Shown in pieces: positions 25,976 to 38,759 of a stretch of DNA of 64,000 bases. The stretch is from the NCBI GenBank assembly GCA_951406725.2, contig OX597820.1, positions 90,644,001-90,708,000 on the forward strand. The letters are read 5' to 3'. The translations under genes were made by a program, and so were the position numbers. Numbering within the stretch: position 1 is the first letter of the stretch; every line of letters begins with the position of its first letter. The notes beneath the pieces were generated by a model. That model worked only from the letters and a program-made list of their open reading frames with translations. It ran no database searches and was not told the DNA's origin. Source of the DNA: Octopus vulgaris (lineage: Eukaryota).

Positions 25976-25980
<5 letters not shown>
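25655..25980 (+). mobile_element. SINE family A, remainder after the two insertions
   Basis: AAGTAGCTTGCTTACGAACCACATGGTTCGGGGTTCAGAC..CCTTGGGCAAATGTCTT resumes exactly where 21446 stopped. Confidence 0.9.
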
Positions 25981-26024
<44 letters not shown>

Positions 26025-26263
26025 CATTCAAGATAGTAGAGATGGAACACTTTCAAATAGTCCTAATTGTTAAGGCCTGTAACCAAAGATATTTTACTGG
26101 TGAGCGTACTTTGTAACACTTCTATTTCTTCTATGAGACCAAAGCTGTGAGATGTAATCAGAAATCTGCTTTAAAAGAAATGGTGGGCTAAATGATTTTT
26201 AAAAGTCGAATGTTTGATCAGACCATTCTCTTCGGGCATATGATGCTAAAAATTGTATTACGA

Positions 26264-26311
<48 letters not shown>

Positions 26312-26959
26312 CGTCGTAATAGACTTTAGCCACTATTTCTTTGAAAGCTTAAAACTTGTAAATCTATTAAATCTGATGAGAGAAATATGGAATCATGCTA
26401 TGGTTGGAGTTAGCTCGTCCATAGCAACCTATATCTTTTCGAAACGGCCATATGACTTTATACATGGATTTTATACATGTTTCAGATTCCTTATAAATCA
26501 TTTTACATTTGCTTTATCCTCCTCTTCAATGATTTAAATTCGAACATTCAGTCTTTGCAAGTACATTTATGGACTTATATTTTTATTTATTTATAGTTAT
26601 GAATTTTCATGAGTTTATAAATTTTATATGTCTATGAATTTTTATATATTTATAAATTTTCGTCTATATGTATGTATTTGTAAATTCTTAGAATGTTTTA
26701 TATATCATGTAGATGAATGCATCTATGTATGTATTTTGTACACCATGGAGAATTTCGTTATATGGATTGAATGAATATATGCATCGACCTTCGAATTTGT
26801 ATTCTCTCCTCCTTAATTTTATATTCACGGAGCCCTATCAGAGCGATAATTGGTGGAGATGTGTACAGTGAATATCTATATCACTTATCTATTCATATAT
26901 ATATGTGTCTGTGGGTGGGGGGGTGTCTGTGTCTGTGCCTGTGCTTATATATATATTTA

Positions 26960-27246
26960 CTATAGCTTCAGGCCGATCAAATCGTTGTAGGTGGATTTCG
27001 CACACGGAAGCAGAAAGATGACTGTCGTATATATATTTGTATATATGTATGTGTATGTGTCAGTGTGTGTACCTCTACCGTCGCTTACCAGCCGATGTTG
27101 CTGTGTTTACGTCCCTGTAACTTAGCAGTTTCGCAAAACGAACCGACAGAGTAATTACTAGACTTACAAAGATCGATTTGTTCGACCAAAGGCGGTGCTC
27201 CAAGCATTGCCTCAGTCACATGACTGAAACAAATAAAGCAATAAAG
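26960..27246 (+). mobile_element. SINE family A, 5'-truncated and decayed
   Basis: Matches family A body and tail (GTGTTTACGTCCC, AAAGGCGGTGCTCC, TGACTGAAACAA). Confidence 0.75.
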
Positions 27247-27289
27247 ACTACACCATTTTAATCCCGAGCAACACCTGATATATATGTTA

Positions 27290-27485
27290 GTAATAATCAT
27301 AATGGTTTTAAATTTTCACACAAGACCAGTAGTTTTGAGGTGGGAATATGTCGATTACATCGACCCCAGTGCTCCACTGGTAGTTATTTTATGTACCCCG
27401 AAATGATGAATGGCAAAGTTGACCTCGGCGCAATTTGAACCAAATTTTTCTGCGACGTGCAAATGATTCTACCAGCACGCCGCCC
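27290..27485 (-). mobile_element. SINE family C with (TTA)-type tail
   Basis: Reverse complement GGCGGCGTGCTGGTAGAATC..GTTCAAATTGCGCCGAGGTCAACTTTGCC..GTCGATGTAATCGAC; homologous to 58454-58620. Confidence 0.75.
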
Positions 27486-27539
27486 TGACGACAACAACAA
27501 CAATTATAATAGTACAAGCATAGACACGACAAGTACTCC

Positions 27540-28118
27540 AAAACCTTCACTGGCTACTATGCTATAAGTATAGATATAAGATTACCAATGCCTGGTGCCA
27601 ACATACACCAGAAAAGGTAATACACGAAAAGAGGCAGGCAAAAATCCTCTGGGACTTTGAGTTCCAGACAATCAAAGTATTCTAATATAGAAGTCTAGTA
27701 TAGAAGTCCGTATATAGTAACTTTTAGGAAGAACAAGCTAGAGTGCCTAATAATTGACGTGGCAGTGCCAGAAGATCAGCATATCAAGGTGACAGAAATT
27801 GAAAAGTTTGATACATATGGGGACCGAAGAACTGAGATCGCGAAGATTTGGCAGCTACGAGAGTCGAACATAAAGGTTATCCCTATTGTCATCGAAGAAT
27901 TAGGTTCAATACCACCCAATCTGAAAAAAAAAAACATCTGAAAACTTTAGAGATACCCTACAATCTAGGAGTATTGCAAAAGTCGGCATTACTTGGAACT
28001 GCACGCATATTGCGTAAAGTACTGTCTGTCTGCGGTACTATTGACAAACAGTACAAACCTTAAGTAGACACAATATCTTCAATCAACAACCGCACGATAT
28101 TATATACTGTGTGACGTC

Positions 28119-28152
<34 letters not shown>
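27540..28152 (+). mobile_element. R4/Dong-clade non-LTR retrotransposon 3' end (restriction-like endonuclease) ending in (TAA)n
   Basis: KILWDFEFQT, IIDVAVP, EK..Y, KVIPIVI..LG, LQKSALLGTARILRKVL, followed by a TAA array. Confidence 0.85.
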
Positions 28153-28154
<2 letters not shown>

Positions 28155-28530
28155 TCTGTTGAATTTTGGCCTAAGGCCAGTAATTTTCAAGGGAAGTGGC
28201 TTACATCGACCCCAGTGCTCAGCTGGCTTTATGGCATCCACTACGAAAAGATGAAAGACAAAATTAATCGGGTTAGAATCTGAACTCAGAACGTAAAGGT
28301 CGAAAACAATGACGCTAAGCATTTTTGTACGACGTATAAACAAGTGTGCCAGCGAGCTGCCTTGACAATAACGACAGCAAAATCAATAATCCTTTCTACT
28401 ACAAACACAAGAGCTTAAATTTGTGGGGAGGGCAATTGTCGATTACATTGACACTAATGCTCAACTGGTACTTAATTTATCGTCCCGAAATGACGAAAGG
28501 CAAACGTACACCTCATGGAATTAGAATTTT
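28155..28530 (-). mobile_element. Two decayed SINE family C copies
   Basis: CATCGACCCCAGTGCTCA and GTCGATTACAT motifs shared with 27290-27485. Confidence 0.6.
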
Positions 28531-28819
28531 TTAGAGTTGTTAACAAATTGATCACTACAACTGAAAATATGATGGGGAAGCAGTTGCCCTTTTGAAAGCT
28601 TCTTATAACCTATACATCTGCTAATCTTGTCCCTTTACTTCTTTACAACACATTTCCAGTATTCTTACAGATATCTAAATTTTTCCTTTTCTTTCAGAAT
28701 TCTAGAAACCGCGTGATCCGCGACTACAGAACTAGGGCACATGGCATTAAATTTATACACACGATGCACGAATTTGCCCTTCATCATTAGTAACGCAACC
28801 AATTAACGAACATTTCATA

Positions 28820-29800
28820 GTTCTATAATTGATTTTTGCTTCCCTTCGTTCTTTTTCGATAGCCGTTCTGTTTACAGGAAATTAAACGGTTCCGGTATAG
28901 ATTTTGGCATGTCTCTTCTGCAAATAGCCCTGTTATGAATTTCCACATATTTTCTAAACATGTAATTGGGCGGTACATCGTGACAGTGTTCCATTTCAAT
29001 TTGTTTTTCAATAGCAGGCAGGTTCTTCCTTTAGTTTACAATAGTGATTCATCTCTCTGAAAGTGCCCATGTAGTTGCATAACTGATTCCATGCAGATGT
29101 GTATATTATCTCAACTCATAGCTATGCATATCTGATCCAAATGCTTTCCACTTTCCAGCTGTTTTCAGCTGCTTTCGAATCTTCCTTCTCGTCGTGGAAA
29201 AAAATATCATTCGGTGCCTCAGCATTTTCAATAAAATCATTTCCCACTTGCTTTATCCAATGTATTTTATCATTTTATCTGACATTTTTCTCCTAGATCC
29301 CCCACCACAACCAAACAGCTAGATTTCTTTGGCAGTTTGTTTTGTATTGTTGTTACATTCGTTTTCCTTACGAATCTCAAGTAAACCTTTGTCATTTGTT
29401 TCAGTAAAGTGATTTTGCTTAAAAGGTTATTTCGTTCTTCGTGCCATTTTTGTGGCTTTTTCTTTTTCTACTTTCGCTTTTCAATAGCTGTCATTAATTC
29501 CTTTTGTTTATGTGATACGTTTGCTTTAATTTACCTTGCACTTCTTTTTTCTATTGACTGGTCCAACATACATATAACTTTTCTGAGGCTACTTAACTGC
29601 TTTAAGAATTGTCTTTTCCACCAACGTACTTGCTGATCTTTCTTTCATCCTTTCCTTTTTCTAAACATGCATTTAATTACTTTGTCAGCTACTAATATGA
29701 AATATATCCATTTTTTTCAGGCAATCTATTAAATTTCACTGTTTCTTTTAATAAACTTTAATTAACCCTGATTCAATGCATTGACCTGAAATTAATTGAC
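28820..29800 (-). mobile_element. R4/Dong-like RT N-terminal part (inverted)
   Basis: YRPITCLENMWKFITG..KQNGYRKRTKGSKNQL (RT domains 2/2a) and WKAFGSD (WKAPGPD-like). Confidence 0.7.
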
Positions 29801-29879
29801 TGTAAGGTTTTTGCTTACTTCACTCTACTAAAACTAAGAAAAAAGACAAAAAAGTTTATGCTTCTGCTTCAGTTTCACA

Positions 29880-31100
29880 AAAATCTCAAGTAGATTGTCC
29901 TCAAAGCTGCCAATATCAAGTTTCCTTTCCATTATATGCTCGCACTTGCTTCAAGTACAAGAAATGAAATTCATCGAGAATGAATAAACGAAAAGTGAAC
30001 GACCTCCTCTTCCTGGTAAAAAAAAAAAGAATAATAACAATGTTAAAAAGAAAAGAAATATTGTACGAACGTTTAGCAGTAGCATCGGGATGACATTTGG
30101 GTATCAAGAAATATGCTATAATAGAGAGTAAGCAAGGGAAAACTACAAAATGTTGATGTTTAACATAGGAAATTCGTAGATGCAGAAGGGGCATGCAACT
30201 ATTTTAAAATACTAAGAATTACCAAAAGATAATAAGTAAATAAATAGAATACAGAAATGAAGGAAGTCTTCAGTAATATATATGTGTCGAATTAAGATTT
30301 TAAAATCTTACTGTATGTAGCAGCTTGGTTTTGGGCCATGAATTCGTGGCTTGATAGGATTTAGAATTATTGCATAGAGGAAGTACTGGCTGAAAGTTAG
30401 TTATGAATGGCAAGATGAAAAAGCAGCTCAGAATGCATAGTAATATGCACTCCCAAACAGAAGTGAACCATTTATATTGGAAAAGAAAGAGAGGAAAATG
30501 GTGTAATGAGTACTAGAGAAGTTTTAGATATGGAGAAACATTCTAAGATTTTGTCTTGAAGAGACAGATGTTCTTTGGAAGATGGGATAATAAGGGCCCA
30601 AATATATGCAATAAAATCCAGCTAAATGTGGTACATGCTATCATAGAGTGACAACGTAGCTTAAATTGCATTGGAATATTCATAATTGACTCCAAAGCTC
30701 CAAATGGATATAATAATTCACTGTATACTTTGTATGAAATCTGGGTTGTGTGCACAGAAAATAACTATGGCCATTTTGTAGTAACAGAAGTGAAGGTCTT
30801 TGAAAATGGGACTTTCTTACACAAACCCAAATGAAATTAATAGACAAACCGGATTTTGTAGTCATTGATAATAAAACGTGTTCTTGCAAATAAAGTGACA
30901 GGTTAATTTGATACGAGATTTAAGTGGAAGAAAAAGAGAAAGAAGAATATTTTACTAACTTGAGTACGAAATTCTCAAATGCAAGAGCAAAAATTCAAAA
31001 TTAACCTTGTTAAAATGCTGCCACCTATTATTGAGGGTTTTTGCACTGTGACAAGGTATAGTATTTAAGAGTAGACATTGAGCTGGGAACAGTTAAGTGT
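29880..31100 (+). mobile_element. R4/Dong-like RT C-terminal part and RLE, decayed
   Basis: KVNDLLF (domain 5-like), IGMTFG, HSQTEVNHLY..RKRG, WDFLTQT..KPDFVVID. Confidence 0.6.
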
Positions 31101-31329
31101 AAAAAAGAATCTATTCACTGAGCTGAGAATGAATTATTTGGTAAGTCATGCATTCAAAGTAAGGACAGATATGAACATCATGGGAGGAGCTTAAAAGAAG
31201 AAGCGATAAAAAAAGCTATATCATGCTTGATCACGGCTTGTGGTTCGACAGGAAGAGCAATTTAACCGTTACCAAAATCAAGCAACGCGATACAGTGGAA
31301 ATGCGACATACACAAAAACATTTAAGAAA

Positions 31330-31895
31330 TATAATGTAAAACAAAGATAGAACAACTGGATAATGAAATCGATGCATGGGAAATACCTCAGGGAAATGGA
31401 ACGGAAAGACAAGACCAACACTTGGAGGTGGCTAAGGGAAAGCGATCTGAATTGATTTAATAAGGCACTGATATGCAGCGCTCAGGAACAAGCTCTGAGA
31501 ACTAATTACACCAAGTTGCAAATAAATAAGAGTGGAGTTGGAGAATGTATGTCAAAGAAAATAAAACACTCTCACATATTGCTAGTGAGAGTAGTAAAAA
31601 TGGGTCCACAAGGAATGCAAAGAGAGGCATGATAGAGTAGCTAAGTATGTTCATTGGAGATTGTGCGAAAAGCACGGCCTTCAAAGGACATTAAAATAGT
31701 CCGAGTATAAACCAGAATAATGAGTATAAGATCTCGTGGGATTTTATAGTCCAGTGTGATTCAACGATTGAGAAGTACATGCCACTAGAAGACGAGTTTG
31801 AATGAATGTGTGCAATGAAGAAAGTAACTGACATCCTAGTAGCTGTTGTGGATCTGGGAGCACTAACAACTAGGTTTGAGAAATTTGTCGGAGAG
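31330..31895 (+). mobile_element. Second R4/Dong fragment
   Basis: KSMHGKYLRE..TWRWLRESDL..LICSAQEQALRTNY, RHDRVAKYVHWRLC, ISWDFIVQ. Confidence 0.8.
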
Positions 31896-31969
31896 AAGAA
31901 GAAGAAGAAGAAGAAGAAGAAGAAGAGGAGGAGGAGGACGAAGAAGAGGAACAAGAAAAGTTGGGGACA

Positions 31970-32309
31970 TGCTGAGACCCCCTTCGGTCATAACTGACCA
32001 TGGGATTGGGATTGCACCTAGAGAGTTACCCTCCCAGGCACAAGTACGGGGAAGGTTGTATATGGAAGACCAGCAGTCGCCCATGCATACCGGCCTCCTC
32101 TCTCCACGCCACCAGTGTTATTCAAAGGAAAGACAAAGCCGATACAGCTTGGCACCTGTGACGTCACAAACTCATTTCTACAGCTGGGTGAACTGGAGCA
32201 ACGGGAAATGAAGTGTCTTGATCAAGAACACAACACGCAGCCCGGTCCGGGATTCGAACTCACAGCCTCACGATCGTAAGCTCGACGCTCTAAGCACTGA
32301 GCCATGCGT
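31970..32309 (-). mobile_element. tRNA-derived SINE family B
   Basis: Reverse-complement head GCATGGCTCAGTGCTTAGAGCGTCG..GAGTTCGAATCCC (A and B boxes), followed by a CORE-like segment. Confidence 0.85.
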
Positions 32310-32675
32310 TGGAGACAACCGATTATATTATCACCCAATACCAGTATCTGGTTACACCAAGACGCTAAAAACCATTCCGCTCTGATTCCACCACAGTCAA
32401 TAAGTGTCTTCAAATTGGTGTGAACTATATAGCTTCCCACACCCTAAATAGAGTTATGCCTTAGGTCTTAGTCGATTATTGGTATGGTTACTATGTATAG
32501 TGTTGTATTTGGGGGTTTGTTATATCTAAATTCTCTACCCTTTCATCCAGTGCAGTGTGAGACTATGTCAACCTATCATTTGTACAGCACGTTTTGCCGG
32601 ACTGACTTGCCTATAGTACACCACAACTTTACGAACGATTAGGTATTTCTGAAGATAAACCGTCAGATTTACTTA

Positions 32676-32841
32676 CGAGGGCATGCTGAAGAGTTCCTAG
32701 CTTCAAGAGTATTGCGAAAGGCCTGGGCTTAGAAAAACAGAAAGACCACTGCAATAAGTATGTGAATCTGGGAGGGGATTATGTTGAATAAAATCATAAT
32801 TAGCTGATCCTCTTGGTATTTCTATTCCCATTAGCCCCTCG
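32676..32841. mobile_element. Mariner-derived MITE (same family as 9079-9293)
   Basis: TA-CGAGGGCATGCTGAAGAGTTCC..CCCCTCG ends; shared interior. Confidence 0.6.
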
Positions 32842-32909
32842 TGTGTGCAATGTGTTCGTCGTTGGTCACGGCGATGAGTATGAAGTTGTTTTGCTTAACA
32901 GTATAATTT

Positions 32910-33330
32910 TCTTACTCTTTTACTATTTTACACTTTTACTTGTTTCAGTCATTTGACTGCGGCCATGCTGGAGCACCACCTTTAGTCGAGCAAATCGACC
33001 CCGGGACTTATTCTTTGTAAGCCCAGTACTTATTCTATCGGTCTCTTTTGCCGAACCGCTAAGTGATGGGGACGTAAACACACCAGCATCGGTTGTCAAG
33101 CAATGCTAGGGAGACAAACACAGACACACAAACATATACACACACGCTTATATATATATATACATATATACGACAGGCTTCTTTCAGTTTCCGTCTACCA
33201 AATCCACTCACAAGGCATTGGTCGGCCCGGGGCTATAGCAGAAGACACTTGACCAAGATGCCACGCAGTGGGACTGAACCCGGAACCATGTGGTTGGTTA
33301 GCAAGCTACTTACCACACAGCCACTCCTGG
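32910..33330 (-). mobile_element. SINE family A, uninterrupted
   Basis: Near-identical to 5765-6169. Confidence 0.9.
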
Positions 33331-33611
33331 GCCTATTTTTTTTGCTCTTGCTCTTTTTTTAAAAATTTATGTATAAGACGTGGGCGCCGACGTGGCCTAT
33401 GTGAGAAGAACGATAGAACGAATACTAGGCTTAGAAAGAATAAGTCCTGAGGTTGATTTGCTCGACAAAAACGATGGTGCCCCATACAAATAAAACAAAT
33501 AAAATAATATAGATAGATAAATAGATAGTGATATGTGTACTAACACACATGCACAAACAACCGCACACATGTATATACACACACACGCATATATATATTT
33601 ATATGTATATG

Positions 33612-33662
<51 letters not shown>

Positions 33663-34110
33663 GTATGTATATGTGTGAGTGCGTATAGATAGATATAGAT
33701 ATAGATATGGATATATATATATATATATATAATGTACACACGCAAAAGCTCGCACTCACACACACACATATACTTACACACACTCACTCACACATACAAA
33801 CACGACGATCACTCCTGATTTATTCATCTTGACTTAACAGCAGCAAATCTAATCTGTCAAGTCTTTATACGTGTAAATCTTATTCTTTTTATTTATTTTT
33901 TTTTTTTATCAGACATAAATACATAAACATTACGCATGTATTACCGTATGAATAACAATGGTAAATACTGATGAAATATACATAAATATTTGTATGAATA
34001 AGTTCCTATCTATTTTATTATATGTTTATACAACCGCGTAAAAACCAATAGAAACAAATCCTGCGACATAAAAAAATTATCAGTTGATGAAAGTTTGTAT
34101 TATGCATGGG

Positions 34111-34183
<73 letters not shown>

Positions 34184-34208
34184 GTATCTATCTATATATC
34201 TATCTATA

Positions 34209-34248
<40 letters not shown>

Positions 34249-34300
34249 AATATATCTATCTATGTATCTATCTATATATCTATCTATCTATCTATCAATA

Positions 34301-34340
<40 letters not shown>

Positions 34341-34344
34341 AATA

Positions 34345-34388
<44 letters not shown>

Positions 34389-34720
34389 AACCTATCTATC
34401 TATATGTATGTCTGTCTGTCTGTCTGACTCTCTGACTATGTATGTATCTATCTATATATATATCTCTAATTGTTTATCTATCTATGTGTCTGTCTGTCTG
34501 TCTATCTGTCTATCTGTCTGACTGTGTGACTATCTATCTATATATCTATCTATATAGCTATCTAACTGTTTATTTATCTATCTATCTGTCTGTCTGACTG
34601 TCTGACTATCTATGTATGTATGTATCTATATATATCTATCTAATTGTTTAGCTAACTATCTATATGTCTATCTATCTATTTGTCCGTCTGTCTGTCTATC
34701 TATCTATCCATCTATCTATC
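34111..34720. repeat. (TATC)n/(TGTC)n compound microsatellite
   Basis: Direct inspection. Confidence 0.95.
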
Positions 34721-34721
34721 T

Positions 34722-35574
34722 GTCTCGAGAAACACGGGGCCGACCTGCCCGAGATGCGGTCAGAGCGACGAAACCGTTCTGCATGCACTCGTGCAGTGTC
34801 CAACAATTTCCGACCTGTGGGCTTATGTCGAACAACTGCTGTCACGTGTCTATCGTCAATATTGTCACGCCTCCTTCCTTCAAACGGGAAGGAAGAGCTA
34901 CTTTCATCATCCTTGTGGCTATGGCGAAAGAATGTATCTGGTGGACGCGTCTGAAAGGATTGGAGACAAACACTTTCCTCTCTGGTCAATCCCTCATCAA
35001 CTTCTTCAAGTACCACTTGAAAAGGAAAGTGAGAGTAGAGAGGCAAGTTTTGTCTAGCGAATGTTTTAAAAAAAGATGGGTGAATGTAGCAAGGATGGCA
35101 CGTATGAATGACGAAGCCACCTTGAGCATAATCCTATGAACCCAGAAATTGAAAACAGAGGGTTACCCACTTGCAAACAAATGTGGTAACAAATAACAAT
35201 ATTGACCAAGGTTACCGTGGTCTTTTTCGTAGGCTATTCTTCCCACGGATAAACCTTACTTGCTTTCCCCTTTACACCATATATCATAACACTGTGATAC
35301 ACGATACCTATTGATCGTTTTTTTTTCTCTTCCCCTCTTCCCCTTTCCCCCTTTTTTCTTCTTTTTTCATTTCTCTTTTCTTTTGTTCCTTTTCCTTTTC
35401 TTCTTTTTTTTCTATTTATTTATTTATTTATTTTTACGATCCCTTCTGATCGAAAACCTACGCCACCTTTTTTTTTGTTTCTTTTGATTTTTGTTTTTTT
35501 CATCCCCCAAAAGAAAAGCTCTGCCTTGTAACTTGTCCCATCTGTGTGCAGCTCTGTGTGGCCAATAAAGAAAC
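34722..35574 (+). mobile_element. 5'-truncated Tx1-clade LINE (ORF2 C-terminus plus 3' UTR) inserted in (TATC)n
   Basis: CPRCGQSDETVLHALVQCP..LW (zf-RVT-type CCHC), AMAKECIWWTR, stop at 35139, pyrimidine-rich 3' UTR ending GCCAATAAAGAAAC. Confidence 0.85.
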
Positions 35575-36549
35575 TTATCTATCTGTATATCTATCAATCT
35601 ATCTATCTATCTGTCTGTCTGTTTGTCTGTCTGTCTGATTCTCTGACTATGTATGTATCTATCTATATATATATCTAATTGTTTATCTCTCTATGTGTCT
35701 GTCTGTCTGTCTGACTGTGTGACTATCTATGTATGTATCTATCTATATATCTATCTAACTGTTTATTTATCTATCTATCTGTCTGTCTGTCTGACTGTCT
35801 GACTGTCTGACTATCTATGTATGTATGTATCTATATATATCTATCTAATTGTTTAGCTATCTATCTATCTGTCTATCTATCTATTTGTCTGTCTGTCTGT
35901 CTATGTATATCTACATATCTATCCGTGTGTGTGTGGGGGGGTTCATATATTATATGTTTGTGCGTTTCTGTGTGTCAATGACACCAACACGTTTGATTCG
36001 ATCAGAAACTTTCCTCAGTTAATTGTTAGGTTTACTTTCACAAAGACAAGCAGAAACGTACAATATAGTTTTAGACTTGTACCTTGCACGATGTGGTTTG
36101 TTTCATTTTTTCATACGAACAATTTTGTGATTGTTTATAGTTTCATTAGCTGTTTAATTTTATTGGTGTTGTTGTTGCTGTTGTTGATGTGAATCTGATA
36201 CAGTTGATTTGTGTAGGTGTTATACTTGTTCATCATATTGTGCCATAATTTTGTAATATGCGAAATTATCATGATTTTTTTCGTTCCTTCTTTCTGGTTT
36301 TCTTTCGGTGTTTCTATCTTCCTTACTTCCCACATATCTATCTTACACACTCAGGCATATTCACATGCGCGCACAAAGACAGACACATATACATGTGTGT
36401 GTGTGTGTGTGAAGTGTGTGTGTGTGTGTGTGTCGTGCGTGTATATGTATACGCATACCTATATACTCATAACTACATGTATAGATACAAGCATGTATAT
36501 GTATGTACGTGTGTGCATATGTATTTATATATGTATATTTATGTATATG

Positions 36550-36588
<39 letters not shown>

Positions 36589-36608
36589 CATATATATAAG
36601 TATATGTA

Positions 36609-36657
<49 letters not shown>

Positions 36658-37559
36658 TCGTACATATACTTATATATATATGTATGTATAATATATATCC
36701 ATATAGTTATATGTATATATCCAGATATGTGTATATATGTATGTTTGTATGTGTGTGTATATACATAGAAACATACATACATACATACATACATACATAC
36801 ATACATACATACATACATACATACATACATACATACATACAAATGCATATACATTTATAGATCCAAAGCCAACCCAGTTTTTTGTAGGTTACTTATTTTT
36901 TATTGTGAATTTCGGCAATGTCCTTTGATATGTTTCATGATTAATCCCTTCTTCAAAAGCTCTTTTACACTCTTCCATTATTTTTTATTCCATAATATAT
37001 ATTTTCTGAATAAATTCTACAAATAACCTTTTTCCTCTTTGTCCCGTCGTTTCCACATTTCTACATTGTCATTATTTGTCGTTTTCTTCTTTATATTTAC
37101 TTTTCATTTCTTTATTCTTTCATCTTATTCTTTCTTATCCCACTTTCCAAAGATAAGGTGGCAATTCTCTCTATCAGATTTTACTCGTTATTGCATAACG
37201 TCTTTCGATACTTAATATCATTAGGAGCAGAGGACAGAACTACTTCGTGCATAATGCGTAACATCATTCTTTCTTTCTTATTTCCCCTTTTATCTAATCA
37301 TTTTTTCATTTTTGTTTTCAATATTTCCTTGTAGCTCTGTATGATATACAAAAGGTAAGTTGATTATTATTCTTGGGACGTCGGGATCAGTTTTAAATTC
37401 AAAGAATATATAGAATAAGTGATTCAAAGCGTGTCTCAGCATCAGAAATGGTTTTATCTTTTGAACCTCATTTGTAACTCTATAGAATGCTTCCATATAT
37501 CGGTTTTAGACGCAGATATATTTCCCCGAATGGTTTTAGTGGGGGCGAAGATTATAGCT

Positions 37560-38000
37560 TAGTCAGAGGAAAACTAGTAAGTTTCCATGACATTATTCAG
37601 AACTTCTAAGTCTCGTGAGGGTGAAAGACGAAAAATTTATGATCTGTGTAGGAACATAGCCGAAGCATTTGAAACAGAGTAGATTCTACTAAAGTACCAC
37701 TTAGTGGTGTTAAAACCGGTAGGAATTTAAACCATCCTTCTTGAAAACAAGAATTTTACCTCAGCTAAGATTCCACAACTTTTTGCTTTACCAGCTTTCG
37801 CACAAAGCTAAAGTCGGCTCAAAACTTTCGTAGAAGACAGTCACCTAATTTCACGTGCACTAATATTGAACACCAAAATACGTAGTTGCCACGTGAACCG
37901 CTGAGCCACAGAATCATGTCTAGCACCTTATTTTTCAAGTAAAATTTATACAAATTCAACACAGGCAACATCTATGGGGTCCCTTCTGACATTCCTCGAA
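37560..38000 (+). mobile_element. Decayed Penelope-like RT remnant
   Basis: IPQLFALP (PxLYxLPK-like) and YF..KIY..TSMGS (GxxMGSP-like). Confidence 0.4.
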
Positions 38001-38759
38001 TCGAAGATTAAATGCAAGTGAGACAACAATCCAACTTAGAATGACAGGAGTATATTCTAAATAATTAACTTTACTACCACATTTAAAGTATTGCAGATGC
38101 AAACGTGCTTAATGTAATGTGCAAAAGAATTTTAATAAATTAAAATTACACCCGTAATTAAGAGAAAATACCATTAGCTTAATGATTAATTCTAATCAAG
38201 AAAGGCAACGAAGAGAGTTAAGAAATTTAAATAAATTAAAATTAATTACAAATAGATTGGAAGAATGCAGAAGGATACGATGTGATCTTTAGCATTACGG
38301 TGGCAACCGTGATAATGTTTTGCTTCAACTCGATAAGTTCGTTCAATATTATATGCCATATTTATAATTTACAATCATTAATGTATTACCAGCCGTCTCC
38401 CCTTCCTTTCATGCATACCGTGTTCTTAGAGGACAACTTCGCTTTAGCAGAAGTACTCGACAATAAGCTAGAACTTATTTTCTCTAAACTTAATGAAGAA
38501 AAGGCTACATAAATTACAAAGATCTTAGAGAAATACAACCCCTTATGTGAAGCTGAATAACATATTGACCATTCTTCTTTTTATAAACATATAGGTTTGC
38601 ATGTAGGATTACGTACATGCATGTATGTACTTATATACATATATATGAACTTATGTATGTATTTATGTGTGTATGCAACGTAAGTGTGTATGAATGTATG
38701 TATATACGTATGTCTGTAGGTATTTATGTTTGTATATATATATATATACATATACAGTA

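Noticed and set aside
32230-32309. tRNA gene
   Set aside because: A and B boxes are present, but the sequence runs straight into a SINE body seen elsewhere in the window.
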